Shown: in pieces, positions 27,985 through 36,984 of the stretch
Numbering within the stretch: position 1 is the first letter of the stretch
How the letters are laid out: the number at the start of each line of letters is the position of its first letter
From: an uncultured Methanosarcinales archaeon
GTDB taxonomy: Archaea; Nanobdellota; Nanobdellia; Woesearchaeales; UBA583
NCBI GenBank assembly: GCA_964562045.1
Contig: CAZLRR010000001.1
Coordinates: forward strand, 762-44,369
Reading direction: 5' to 3'
Length of the DNA stretch: 43,608 nucleotides
The notes under the pieces: generated by a model
What the model was told of the DNA's origin: nothing
What the model saw: only the letters and a program-made list of their open reading frames with translations
The model's database searches: none
Program-made: the position numbers and the translations under genes

Positions 27985-28876
27985 CTCGAGTAATTATACT
28001 CTTTTCTCCATCTTTAAAGACAACAGTATGCTCAAACTGACTAATTATACTGCCATCCTCACTTACCAACATATCATATTCGTAAATGATCTTATTTAAC
28101 TTAAGGGTTCTCAAAGCATATAAAACTTTCCTTTTATCAAACTCTTTCAAAAGCCACCTTTTTGAAAAAGGCAAGTGGGGAAAATGTTCTTTGATATAAT
28201 CAAGCACTTTTTTTGCTACAATATCTCGAACTTGTTTATTATTTACAAGATGCAAAATATTTGAGGGACCACCACTTTTAACTCTTGTAGTTCCGGTTGA
28301 AAAAAACGGCTCGATTGCAATTTCTGCGGTCTGCGGAATTTGAGTAGAATCAGTATTATCAAAATTTGGGATGCTTAAACCTGCATGTAAATCATTTTTT
28401 GATATCTGATGCCCCGAAAGATTGTGTATTGTATTAAATCCTGCATCTTTTGCAATCTTGTCTGCAATAGCGCCAATTTTAGAAACTTCAATCCCCGACT
28501 GGATTGCTTCCAATTCCTCATTTAGAGCTTTTTCATTTGATTCTAGAAGAGTTTTATATTTGTTTGTACCAATTTCTATTGTAAAAGCATTATCAGTGAT
28601 ATTTCCGTCCTTTGAAACACCAAAATCAACTTTTACTACATCTCCTTTTTTGAGAATAATTTCTTCGTCAAATATAGTAAAATGCGCAGCCTGATTATTT
28701 ATACAAACTGTTGCGGGAAAAGCAGGCAAATATCCAGCATCAAAAATTTTATTTTCCATAAATTCAACAATTTCCAACGCACTAATGCCTTCTTTTATTA
28801 TTGATTTTACTTCGTCTCTCAAATCTGAAGTAAAAGTTCCCAGTTTCTTTAAAATTTCAAGCTCAAGCTCGCACAT
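27965..28876 (-). CDS. map: Methionine aminopeptidase type II
   Basis: PAFP...N..AAHFT; KVDFGV..DG.I.DNAFT; NLSGH; AIEPF; SQFEHTV. Confidence 0.96.
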   Translation of the reverse strand: MCELELEILKKLGTFTSDLRDEVKSIIKEGISALEIVEFMENKIFDAGYLPAFPATVCINNQAAHFTIFDEEIILKKGDVVKVDFGVSKDGNITDNAFTIEIGTNKYKTLLESNEKALNEELEAIQSGIEVSKIGAIADKIAKDAGFNTIHNLSGHQISKNDLHAGLSIPNFDNTDSTQIPQTAEIAIEPFFSTGTTRVKSGGPSNILHLVNNKQVRDIVAKKVLDYIKEHFPHLPFSKRWLLKEFDKRKVLYALRTLKLNKIIYEYDMLVSEDGSIISQFEHTVVFKDGEKSIITRDENERS

Positions 28877-28910
28877 AAAAATAGAAATACTTTATAATTT
28901 ATAAATAAAA

Positions 28911-29882
28911 CTAATCTTTCTTGAATTTAGAAAGTTTTTCTCCAAGATAGATTTTATTTACTTTTCCTACACGAATCCTACTTAAGAATCGCTTTCCATG
29001 AAGTTTTGTTATGATTTTACTCAAATTTGATTTACTTAATTGAGGAAGAAAATTCAAAATATCATACTGAGAAATTCCCTCATTTTCCAAAACAACCATT
29101 ACAACTTCTTGTTCGTTTTCAGTTAAGAATTTTTCAATAACCTCTTCAAAAGTTTGATCTTCTAAAATTGTTTCAGGGTCTGTGTTTTTTTCTTCTTTTT
29201 CTTGAGCCAATGTATTTAACGCCGATTCTTTTTTATTCGGAGTCCGTGCTAAAGGCTTTTTTCTGAAAAACAAATAAAAAATTACTCCTACAAGTATTAA
29301 AACTGCACCAATAAGTACAGGGAGGATAACATAAAAATTTGAATCTGTAGTGTCTCTAGAACTAAATTGGATTAGAAAAAATGAATCTTCTTTAGGGTTA
29401 GCTATTTTCCATGAAATTTCTCCATTTTCAGAGATTACGTAATTTCTAGGAAAAATTTCTTCGATTTCACCAAAATCATCTATAAGTAAAACTGAAAATT
29501 CCAGAGTTTCAATAGGAATATTATAATTTTGATAAATTGAAAACGCAGATTTCCCTACAATTTCCCGAGATAAATCAAATGATTGGTATGTAATATCAAA
29601 TGAACGATTCGCAGTTTCTTCAGGTTTTATGATAAAAAAATCTCCCGCAGAGGAATATTCTATTTCTTTATTACTAGATTTTTCTTTGGCAGACACAATA
29701 AATGAACCTTTTGGCTTTTCAAAAGAAAAAGTTTTATAATTTTCATCTTCTGAAAAAGAGATTGTCATGTTAAATGTTGCAACATTTTCTAAAACTTGAG
29801 TGTCAATATTAATAGTTACTGCAAATGAAGTACTTAATAATAAAATTAATGAAAAAACAAATACGCCAAATTTATTAAACAT
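28911..29882 (-). CDS. Membrane protein with extracellular domain and C-terminal winged HTH
   Basis: Signal peptide from MFNKFGV; TM helix; LTENEQ...GISQ...LSKSNLSKII..L...RVGKVNKI wHTH. The longer ORF start overlaps uppS and was not used. Confidence 0.8.
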   Translation of the reverse strand: MFNKFGVFVFSLILLLSTSFAVTINIDTQVLENVATFNMTISFSEDENYKTFSFEKPKGSFIVSAKEKSSNKEIEYSSAGDFFIIKPEETANRSFDITYQSFDLSREIVGKSAFSIYQNYNIPIETLEFSVLLIDDFGEIEEIFPRNYVISENGEISWKIANPKEDSFFLIQFSSRDTTDSNFYVILPVLIGAVLILVGVIFYLFFRKKPLARTPNKKESALNTLAQEKEEKNTDPETILEDQTFEEVIEKFLTENEQEVVMVVLENEGISQYDILNFLPQLSKSNLSKIITKLHGKRFLSRIRVGKVNKIYLGEKLSKFKKD

Positions 29883-29933
29883 AAAATTATATAATTGGAG
29901 AAATTTATAAAGTTTTGGTAAATCTATAGAGTT

Positions 29934-30638
29934 ATGGAACATATTGGATATATTATGGATGGTAATCGAAGATATGCGCAGAAACAAAAAATAACACTTA
30001 AAGAAGCTTACTATAAAGCAGTTAAAACCTTTTTTGAGATACTTGAAATTCATTTGAAAGAAAAAATTCCGCATGCCACATTTTATGCCCTTTCTACTCA
30101 GAATTATAAAAATAGAGACAAAAACCAGCTTTTAGAGACAATAAGTTTTATCGAAGAATTTTTTAATAATGAAGATGTTGAAGAAGCTTTAATTGAAAAT
30201 AAAATAAAGGTTATTTTACATGGAAACTTTGAGAAACTCTCAAAAACAAAAGGGACCTCAACCAAAATTCCCAAGAAAGAGTTACTAAATAAAATTAAGA
30301 AGTTTGAAAGTATTGAAAATCCTAGTTTAACTGTGCATGTGGCAATAAATTATGGGGGAAGAGAAGAAATCATTGAGGCAGTAAAATTATTGTTAAAAGA
30401 AAACCCAAAAAATATAACCGAGAAAGATTTTGAAAGGCATTTACAGTTTTATGGAGTTCCTGAGCCAGAGATGATAATTCGTACAGGAAAATGTCAAAGA
30501 CTTTCTAATTTCTTAACTTGGCAGTCTATTTATAGTGAATTGTATTTTTGTCCGAAATTATGGCCAGAATTTGGAAAAGCTGACCTTATTGAAGCTTTAA
30601 TGTGGTTTAAAGAGCAAAAAAGAAATTTTGGCAAATAA
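29934..30638 (+). CDS. uppS: Polyprenyl (undecaprenyl) diphosphate synthase
   Basis: HIGYIMDGNRRYA; YALSTQN; AINYGGREEI; IIRTG..RLSNFL.WQ..YSE; RNFGK. Confidence 0.95.
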   Translation: MEHIGYIMDGNRRYAQKQKITLKEAYYKAVKTFFEILEIHLKEKIPHATFYALSTQNYKNRDKNQLLETISFIEEFFNNEDVEEALIENKIKVILHGNFEKLSKTKGTSTKIPKKELLNKIKKFESIENPSLTVHVAINYGGREEIIEAVKLLLKENPKNITEKDFERHLQFYGVPEPEMIIRTGKCQRLSNFLTWQSIYSELYFCPKLWPEFGKADLIEALMWFKEQKRNFGK

Positions 30639-30653
30639 AATTAGTTTAATAGT

Positions 30654-30974
30654 TTAAAAATATTGATTTAATAATTCTTCAACCCTTGATGTATCCTTTC
30701 CACTACCAACTAGCGCTTGTTTTATTGAATCTCTAGAGTATTTGAATTTATATTGTTGAATGTAGTTAATAATGTCAGTGTCTTGGGGGTTTGATTGTTG
30801 TGGGGTTGCTCCGGAGGCGGAATTCGAGGACATTGAATCTCCACCCATTCCACCAAGTAGGTCCATTTCTCTTTTCTTCTTTAACATTTTTTTCTGAATT
30901 AAAAAACCTCCCACTAAAATTACTGCTGCTGCCCCCAGTATGATTAGTAATTTTTGTAATTCGGAAACTGCCAT
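30654..30974 (-). CDS. Small membrane-anchored hypothetical protein
   Basis: N-terminal TM helix, G/S/Q-rich linker, C-terminal helical motif. Confidence 0.7.
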   Translation of the reverse strand: MAVSELQKLLIILGAAAVILVGGFLIQKKMLKKKREMDLLGGMGGDSMSSNSASGATPQQSNPQDTDIINYIQQYKFKYSRDSIKQALVGSGKDTSRVEELLNQYF

Positions 30975-30975
30975 T

Positions 30976-32019
30976 TTATTTCCTCGCAATTAACTTTATT
31001 ACTTCAATCATCCTATTTGAAAAACCCCATTCATTGTCATACCAAATAACGAGTTTTACTAAATTATCATCAACAACTGCAGTAGAGAGTCCATCAACAA
31101 TTCCTGAGTGAGGGTTTCCAACAATATCTGAGGAAACAAGTTCTTCTTCGCTATATTCAATAATACCATTTAAATGATTTTGAGATATTTCTTTTAAAAA
31201 TGTATTAATTTCTTCTTTAGTTACTTTTTTATTTAGTTCAAGATTTAAATCCGTTACACTTCCAGTAGGGGTTGGTACTCTATAGGCAATACCGTGAAGT
31301 TTTCCTTCAAGTTCTGGAATTAATTTGATTACGGATTTTGCTGCCCCAGTCGTAGTGGGCGTAATGTTAAATGGTGCAGCTCTTCCTCTTCTAGGGTCTT
31401 TATGAAATGCATCTAAAATTCTTTGATCACCAGTTACAGAATGAACTGTTGAAAACATTCCTTTTTTAATACCGTATTTTTTATGAAGTTCGTTAACTAT
31501 TGCGGTCATTGAATTTGTTGTACAAGAACCATTTGAAACTACTTGCTCTCCATTATAATCCTCATCATTAACTCCACGAACTAGATAGAAACAATCTCCT
31601 TTTCCTGGCGCAGAAATTAAAACCTTCTTAGCTCCATTTTTAAGATGAATCTCTGTCTGTTCTCGATTTGTAAAAATTCCAGTACATTCTGCAACAACAT
31701 CAATTTTGTTGTCTCCCCAAGGCAGTTTGTTAATATCTTTTTCTTGGATAACTTTAACTTTTTTATCGCCAATAACTAAAAAATCACCTTCTACCTTTAT
31801 GTCTTGAGGAAATTTTCCTTGACTTGAATCGTATTTGAGAAAATACCTACAGGCATCCGGTCCGCCCAAATCATTTATCATTACAAATTCAATATTTGGG
31901 TCGTTAAAACCTGCCCTGAAAATCATTCTTCCAATCCTTCCGAAACCATTAATTGCAACACGTACTTTTTTGTTTGAAGAGATTTCGCCTTTAATTTCAT
32001 TTAACATGTGTTCTTCCAT
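30976..32019 (-). CDS. gap: Glyceraldehyde-3-phosphate dehydrogenase, class I (bacterial type)
   Basis: VAINGFGRIGR; ECTG.F; SNGSCTTN; PTTTGAAK; WYDNEWGFSNR. Confidence 0.96.
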   Translation of the reverse strand: MEEHMLNEIKGEISSNKKVRVAINGFGRIGRMIFRAGFNDPNIEFVMINDLGGPDACRYFLKYDSSQGKFPQDIKVEGDFLVIGDKKVKVIQEKDINKLPWGDNKIDVVAECTGIFTNREQTEIHLKNGAKKVLISAPGKGDCFYLVRGVNDEDYNGEQVVSNGSCTTNSMTAIVNELHKKYGIKKGMFSTVHSVTGDQRILDAFHKDPRRGRAAPFNITPTTTGAAKSVIKLIPELEGKLHGIAYRVPTPTGSVTDLNLELNKKVTKEEINTFLKEISQNHLNGIIEYSEEELVSSDIVGNPHSGIVDGLSTAVVDDNLVKLVIWYDNEWGFSNRMIEVIKLIARK

Positions 32020-32080
32020 AATTTTTCTATAACACTTTAGAGTTTAAAGATTTAGTATCTTTTATTAGTGATTATTTGTA

Positions 32081-33487
32081 TTATTTGTTTAAGGAATTAA
32101 TATATAATTTTAATTTTTTGAGTTCAGTGTCAACAATTTCTTTTGTTTTTCCTTCACTAACTATTCTAATTATTGGCTCAGTATTTGATTTGCGAATAAC
32201 GCACCAGAAATTACCAAAGTCGAGAGAGATTCCATCAAGTTTTGAGGAGATTTTAGATTCATATTTTTTTTCAATATCTTTTAATATGAAGTTTGGATTT
32301 TGAACTTCTAAAGTTAAATCTTTTCCTTTTGCAAAATATTTGTATTTTGAAAAAATTTGTGAAAATTGTATGTTTTCATCTTTAATTAAATTTTGTGCAA
32401 CTATTTTTAACATATAGATTAATCCAATGTCGGGATTGTCAAGATAATTAAATTCCTTAAAGAAAAGATGTCCTGATTTTTCTGCACCAAATCCACATTT
32501 AATTTTTTCCATAAATGAGTGATAGTGACTTCTTCCAACTTTTATTCTTGTGATTTTGACTTTGTTTTGTTTGGCAATTAAATCAACTGCTTTTGAAACG
32601 GTTAAATCAATTGCAAAGTGGTTTAACTTTTTTGAGAAGAAATCTATATAAGAACATATAGTGTAATCGTTAAGAATTTGGATATTGTTTTTATCATAGA
32701 AAAGGATTCTGTCGCCATCACCATCAAATACTGCGGTGAAAAAGTTTTTGGTTAGGTGTCTTTTTTGAAGGAATTTTGTAGCAGAGGTGGGGTCTGGAGT
32801 ATGGTTTGGAAAGTTTCCGTCTGGATTTGAATTTAAATCTGTGAAATTTAAGCCAATATTTTTTAAAACTTCTTTGTTTGCAAGAGAAGAGACTCCACTT
32901 GAGAAATCTATTGCAAAACTGATTTTTTTTAGAGTTTTTATTTCTTTTCGAGAGAGAATTTTTTTGTATTTTTTCTTTAAGTATTTTTGATAATCTTTTA
33001 TGGGAGATTGAAGTTTGATTTTTTTTATATCTAAAACTTCTTGTAGAGAGATTTTATCAAGTTCGGGTTTGAAAATTTTGTATTCCATCTCTTTTTCATC
33101 TAAGTCAAGTTCTGAGAAATGTTGAAGTTTTTTAAGTCCTGTGTCAAAATCATAAGATTTTCCATCTTTCATGAATTTAAATCCATTGTATTCTTTTGGA
33201 TTGTGGGATGCTGTAATCATTATTCCATCTTTTGGTCCTGAAAAAAGAGAGAAATAAAAGTTTGGCGTGGATAGTTTTCCGAGATAGATTATTTTTGTAT
33301 GCGCATCAAGAGCTCCTTTTATGAAATATTTAGTTAAAACCGGCTGAGAAAGCCTGGAATCGTGTCCAATTTTGATTTTTTTTAGTCCGTTAATTTTTAC
33401 AAAATAGTATCCGAGTTTGTATGCCTGTAAGTCTGTTAATTCTTTTCCATAAATTCCTCTGATATCGTATGCATGAAATATACCCAT
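32081..33487 (-). CDS. Phosphomannomutase/phosphoglucomutase
   Basis: FHAYDIRG; ITASHNP; FDGDGDR; GAEKSGH; RKSNTEP. Confidence 0.94.
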   Translation of the reverse strand: MGIFHAYDIRGIYGKELTDLQAYKLGYYFVKINGLKKIKIGHDSRLSQPVLTKYFIKGALDAHTKIIYLGKLSTPNFYFSLFSGPKDGIMITASHNPKEYNGFKFMKDGKSYDFDTGLKKLQHFSELDLDEKEMEYKIFKPELDKISLQEVLDIKKIKLQSPIKDYQKYLKKKYKKILSRKEIKTLKKISFAIDFSSGVSSLANKEVLKNIGLNFTDLNSNPDGNFPNHTPDPTSATKFLQKRHLTKNFFTAVFDGDGDRILFYDKNNIQILNDYTICSYIDFFSKKLNHFAIDLTVSKAVDLIAKQNKVKITRIKVGRSHYHSFMEKIKCGFGAEKSGHLFFKEFNYLDNPDIGLIYMLKIVAQNLIKDENIQFSQIFSKYKYFAKGKDLTLEVQNPNFILKDIEKKYESKISSKLDGISLDFGNFWCVIRKSNTEPIIRIVSEGKTKEIVDTELKKLKLYINSLNK

Positions 33488-33544
33488 AATTAGTTTTTGG
33501 ATATGTTGTTTTTAAAATTTAATAATTACTTAAGTGAAAAAATC

Positions 33545-33730
33545 GGCTCTGTCCGGAAATTGACAAGACCTATTTTTTAGTCTAAATTTAGGAAGAAACT
33601 CTTTGAATTCAAAGTGTCCCGAACGAATAAAATGAGTGACCGCATTTTTAACTGAAAGCTAAAAATTTGGGAGGTTTGGGGAAAATCAATTTTCTAAAAA
33701 ATAGGTTTGTTTTATATTCCGGATAGGGCC
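33545..33730. mobile_element. MITE, IS1595-family-like, with 8-bp target site duplication
   Basis: TIRs GGCTCTGTCCGGAA / TTCCGGATAGGGCC (12/14) plus inner IR; AAAAAATC at 33537-33544 and 33731-33738. Confidence 0.82.
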
Positions 33731-33740
33731 AAAAAATCAG

Positions 33741-33754
33741 AAACTTTATAAAAA
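33741..33754 (+). promoter_or_regulatory. Probable BRE/TATA promoter of tRNA-His
   Basis: AAACTTTATAAAAA about 30-40 bp upstream of the tRNA. Confidence 0.45.
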
Positions 33755-33784
33755 AAATTGTATTATTTATAGTTATTCTAGCAT

Positions 33785-33859
33785 GACCGAGTTAGTGTAA
33801 TCTGGTTAGCACAGAGGATTGTGGTTCCTCTAGTTCGGGTTCAAATCCCGGGCTCGGTC
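33785..33859 (+). tRNA. tRNA-His(GTG) with encoded G-1
   Basis: G-ACCGAGT...GCTCGGT-C; anticodon arm GAGGA-TTGTGGT-TCCTC; T arm TCGGG-TTCAAAT-CCCGG. Confidence 0.95.
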
Positions 33860-34168
33860 CTTATAATTTTATACCTTGCCGAGATTTTCACCCTGCTAAA
33901 GCAGGTTCGGTCACTCCAAAATCTTCGATTTTCTCGTTCGGAACACTTCTACACTTCGTTGCGAAGAGTTTCAAATCCCGGGCTCGGTCCTTATAATTTT
34001 ATACCTTGCCGAGATTTTCACCCTGCTAAAGCAGGTTCGGTCACTCCAAAATCTTCGATTTTCTCGTTCGGAACACTTCTACACTTCGCTATGAAGAGCA
34101 AGAGAAATCACAGATTTCTGGCGGTTTGTTTCGCAAGCTCACAAACTTTCAAATCCTGAGCCCGGGCT
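33840..34168 (+). repeat. tRNA-His-linked tandem array (130-bp period) of tRNA 3' end + palindromic core A
   Basis: 33840-33958 repeated at 33970-34088; third degenerate end TTCAAATCCTGAGCCCGGGC at 34148; 34013-34157 matches reverse complement of 27076-27215. Confidence 0.93.
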
Positions 34169-34224
34169 TTTTATTCTCAAAAGATAAGAAAAAGTATTAT
34201 AAACTTAAATTAAATAATTATTTT

Positions 34225-34782
34225 ATGAAAGAGAGAGTTAGAATAACTAAGAATAGTAATTTTTATAAGGATTTTCGTGAAACAAATCCTGCTCTTGTTT
34301 TAGGACTGATTATTATTTCACTAGGATTTTATGTTATAGATTGGATTTTTTTAAGAAATAAAGAGTTTGAAGAAATAGATAAGCATGCGCCAGACTCTAA
34401 AAGAGGAGCAATTTTACTTATGATTATTCCTTTTATGTGGTTTTTTATAATGATTGTTTTAAAGCATATTATTTTCTCCCCTAAGAGTCCTTTTTTAGGA
34501 ATAGTGGAAATAAGTGGATGGCTTTTGATTATTTTTTTGATATTGAAATATTTGTATGATTTCTGTATTTCGTTTGGATTTATTACTAAAACTAATGGAG
34601 CAATTTGGTTTTTGTTTTTTTTACCTATTGTTCCTGCAGGAATTGGAGCACTTCTAGGATATCCTATATTTTTAATTTTGCTTTTTTTACCCGCAATTGT
34701 TATACCTGCAATGCAGGCAGAGTTGAATACTACCTTTAATAAAATAACTATTAAGAAAAAGTATGATATTTTTTATAATTAA
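34225..34782 (+). CDS. Hypothetical multi-pass membrane protein
   Basis: Several TM helices; ATG at 34225 preferred over the TTG inside the repeat. Confidence 0.75.
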   Translation: MKERVRITKNSNFYKDFRETNPALVLGLIIISLGFYVIDWIFLRNKEFEEIDKHAPDSKRGAILLMIIPFMWFFIMIVLKHIIFSPKSPFLGIVEISGWLLIIFLILKYLYDFCISFGFITKTNGAIWFLFFLPIVPAGIGALLGYPIFLILLFLPAIVIPAMQAELNTTFNKITIKKKYDIFYN

Positions 34783-34794
34783 ATTCTCGATAAT

Positions 34795-35580
34795 TTATTC
34801 GTAATTTTTTTGGGGTATAATTATTGTAATTCCGTAAATAGATTCTTTTTCAGAAAATGGATTTGTTCCACTTTTTATAGGTTTTAAAACAACTGCAGAA
34901 TTTGAAGGATTTTCAGTTTCACCAACATAATAGTCTACAAGAGTTGGAGTAACATCAATTCCCCAGTAATTTTCAGTTGCACCAACCCAGGAATCTTGTT
35001 TGTATGGTTTATAGATATAAAAATAAACCCCGAGTGAGTTTTCGTTATCTACTACGTAATTTTTTGATTTTAAAGTTTCAAATAAAAAGTATTCATTCAT
35101 ATTATTGGTTTCAGTATCTTCTTTTAAACTATCATATTTGGTATTATTTAATTCTTTAAGTAGCTCTTGTGAAAAGTCTTTTTCGTTTTTTCCTTGAATT
35201 TCTCCACAATAAATGACAAGTCCTTTCTCTTTAGAGTGTTCGCCCATAAAATCTTCTTTGGAAAATTTGTTCCAGCATTGAGAGATTAGTTGAGCTGCAT
35301 TATTTACGGATTTTTCACTAACTTTTATTGTTTTTGAAGGGCAATTTTCTTCTATTGCAAATTGAAGTTTTGAGTTTGGTTCATCTAAATCTTCACCAAA
35401 GAATGCAGGCAATCCATCAACTCTTGACATGAATTGTTTACATTCAATTAGAGAAGAGTCATAGTTGCTGCTTTCAAACATATTTTGCAGGAATGAAAAA
35501 ATTATAAGAAAACCTACAAGTCCAATTATTATTCCAAGTACTGCTTGGTAATGCAATCCTGCTTTTTTATTGCTGTTCAT
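34795..35580 (-). CDS. Pilin-like secreted protein (class III-like signal peptide)
   Basis: MNSNKKA/GLHYQAVLGIIIGLVG; Cys-containing extracellular domain. Confidence 0.7.
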   Translation of the reverse strand: MNSNKKAGLHYQAVLGIIIGLVGFLIIFSFLQNMFESSNYDSSLIECKQFMSRVDGLPAFFGEDLDEPNSKLQFAIEENCPSKTIKVSEKSVNNAAQLISQCWNKFSKEDFMGEHSKEKGLVIYCGEIQGKNEKDFSQELLKELNNTKYDSLKEDTETNNMNEYFLFETLKSKNYVVDNENSLGVYFYIYKPYKQDSWVGATENYWGIDVTPTLVDYYVGETENPSNSAVVLKPIKSGTNPFSEKESIYGITIIIPQKNYE

Positions 35581-36931
35581 CTTTGTCTGCTCTAAATAGT
35601 TTGTATGCGATTTCTGCGGCATCAAATTTTATTAAGTCATCGTATGTTTGACCAATTCCAAGGAAAAATATTGGTTTTTCTATAGAGTATGCAGTTGTTA
35701 CAACTGAACCTGGCCGTTCGTCAGTGTCAATTTTTGTAAGTATTACTCCGTCAATTCCAAGACCTTTGTCGAAAAGTTCGATTTGTTCAAGTAAGTCATT
35801 TCCTGCAATTGAATCTCCTATAAATACTACCATGTCAGTTTTTGCAACACGTTTTATTTTTTGTAATTCAAGCATTAAATTTGGGTTGTTTGGCATTCTT
35901 CCGGCTGTGTCTACAAGCACAACGTCAAGGTTTTTTGCTTTGGCGTGTTCAATTGCATCAAATGCAACTGCCGCAGGATCTGAACCTCCCGAGTGTTTTA
36001 TTAGTTTGAAACCTACTTTTTTTGCATGTTCGTCAAGTTGTTCAACTGCTGCTGCTCTGAATGTGTCTGAGGCCGAGACTACGACTTGAAGGTTGTTTTT
36101 TTGCAGGAAGTGTACAAGTTTTGCAATTGAAGTGGTTTTTCCAGTCCCGTTAACTCCAAGAATTAGAATTTTTGCTGGTTTTTCGATTTCTTTTAGTTTT
36201 TCTAAAAAATCTGATTCTCTTGATTTTAAAACAATTTCAACTTCTTGAGTCATTACTTCTCTTACTTTTTCAGATAATGAAAATCTGCTAAAGCTATTTC
36301 CTATTATTGTTTCTCGCAATTTTTCTTCTATTTTTTGTACAATTTCAAAAGCAATATTTATTTCAAGTAAGAAAACTTCAATCTCTACCCAGAGTCTTTC
36401 GAATTCTTCTTCACTAATTGTTTTTTTTGTGAAAGCCGAGGTTGCTTTTGAGAAGAAACCTTCTTTTTTTACTTCTTTTGCTGGTTCTTCTTCAAGGGGG
36501 GGCGGAGGTAAGTCTTGATCATCAAATTCTGGTGGTGGGGGCAAATCTTCTGATGAAGTTTCAATTACTTTTTCTTTTTTTTCTTGTATTTCTTTTAATT
36601 CTTGTTTTTCTATTTCTTCTTCTTTTTTTATTTTATTTTCAAGCTCGGTTTTATGTTCTTGAGTTTGAGTTATTTTTTTTCCTTCTTTTATTTCTTCTTT
36701 TTCTTGATTGTCAACTCCTTCTAGCATATCTTCTTCTACTTTTTCTATTTCGGCTAGTTCCTTTTTCTCTTTCTTTGAAACTTTTTTTGCTTCTCTTTTC
36801 AAATCTTCCACAGGTTCTGGAATATCAAGATCTTCTTGGGGCTCCGGAATTATATCTTGCGGTTCTTCTTCTATTAACTCTTCAGTTTTTGAAAATACTC
36901 CTTTTAATTTGTCTTTAATTTTTCCAAACAT
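35567..36931 (-). CDS. ftsY: SRP receptor FtsY with long acidic N-terminal domain
   Basis: GVNGTGKTTSIAK; DTFRAAAVEQL; DPAAVAFDAI; DTAGR; TKID; GIGQ.YDDL. Confidence 0.96.
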   Translation of the reverse strand: MFGKIKDKLKGVFSKTEELIEEEPQDIIPEPQEDLDIPEPVEDLKREAKKVSKKEKKELAEIEKVEEDMLEGVDNQEKEEIKEGKKITQTQEHKTELENKIKKEEEIEKQELKEIQEKKEKVIETSSEDLPPPPEFDDQDLPPPPLEEEPAKEVKKEGFFSKATSAFTKKTISEEEFERLWVEIEVFLLEINIAFEIVQKIEEKLRETIIGNSFSRFSLSEKVREVMTQEVEIVLKSRESDFLEKLKEIEKPAKILILGVNGTGKTTSIAKLVHFLQKNNLQVVVSASDTFRAAAVEQLDEHAKKVGFKLIKHSGGSDPAAVAFDAIEHAKAKNLDVVLVDTAGRMPNNPNLMLELQKIKRVAKTDMVVFIGDSIAGNDLLEQIELFDKGLGIDGVILTKIDTDERPGSVVTTAYSIEKPIFFLGIGQTYDDLIKFDAAEIAYKLFRADKDEQQ

Positions 36932-36984
36932 TATAATTATTTTAAATTGTCAATGTTTATAAAACTTTATGTCCAGTATATGCT

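Noticed and set aside
29883-30074. Extended N-terminus of ORF 28911..30074
   Set aside because: Overlaps uppS on the opposite strand; the signal peptide begins at ATG 29882
33821-34159. 112-aa ORF
   Set aside because: Overlaps tRNA-His and the tandem repeat; no independent coding evidence
33840-34168. CRISPR array
   Set aside because: Repeats are tRNA 3' ends, the intervening units are long and identical rather than unique spacers, and no cas genes are present
36490-36870. Pro/acidic repeats in FtsY (DLPPPP twice; EPQ/EPV)
   Set aside because: Low-complexity acidic N-terminal extensions are normal for FtsY
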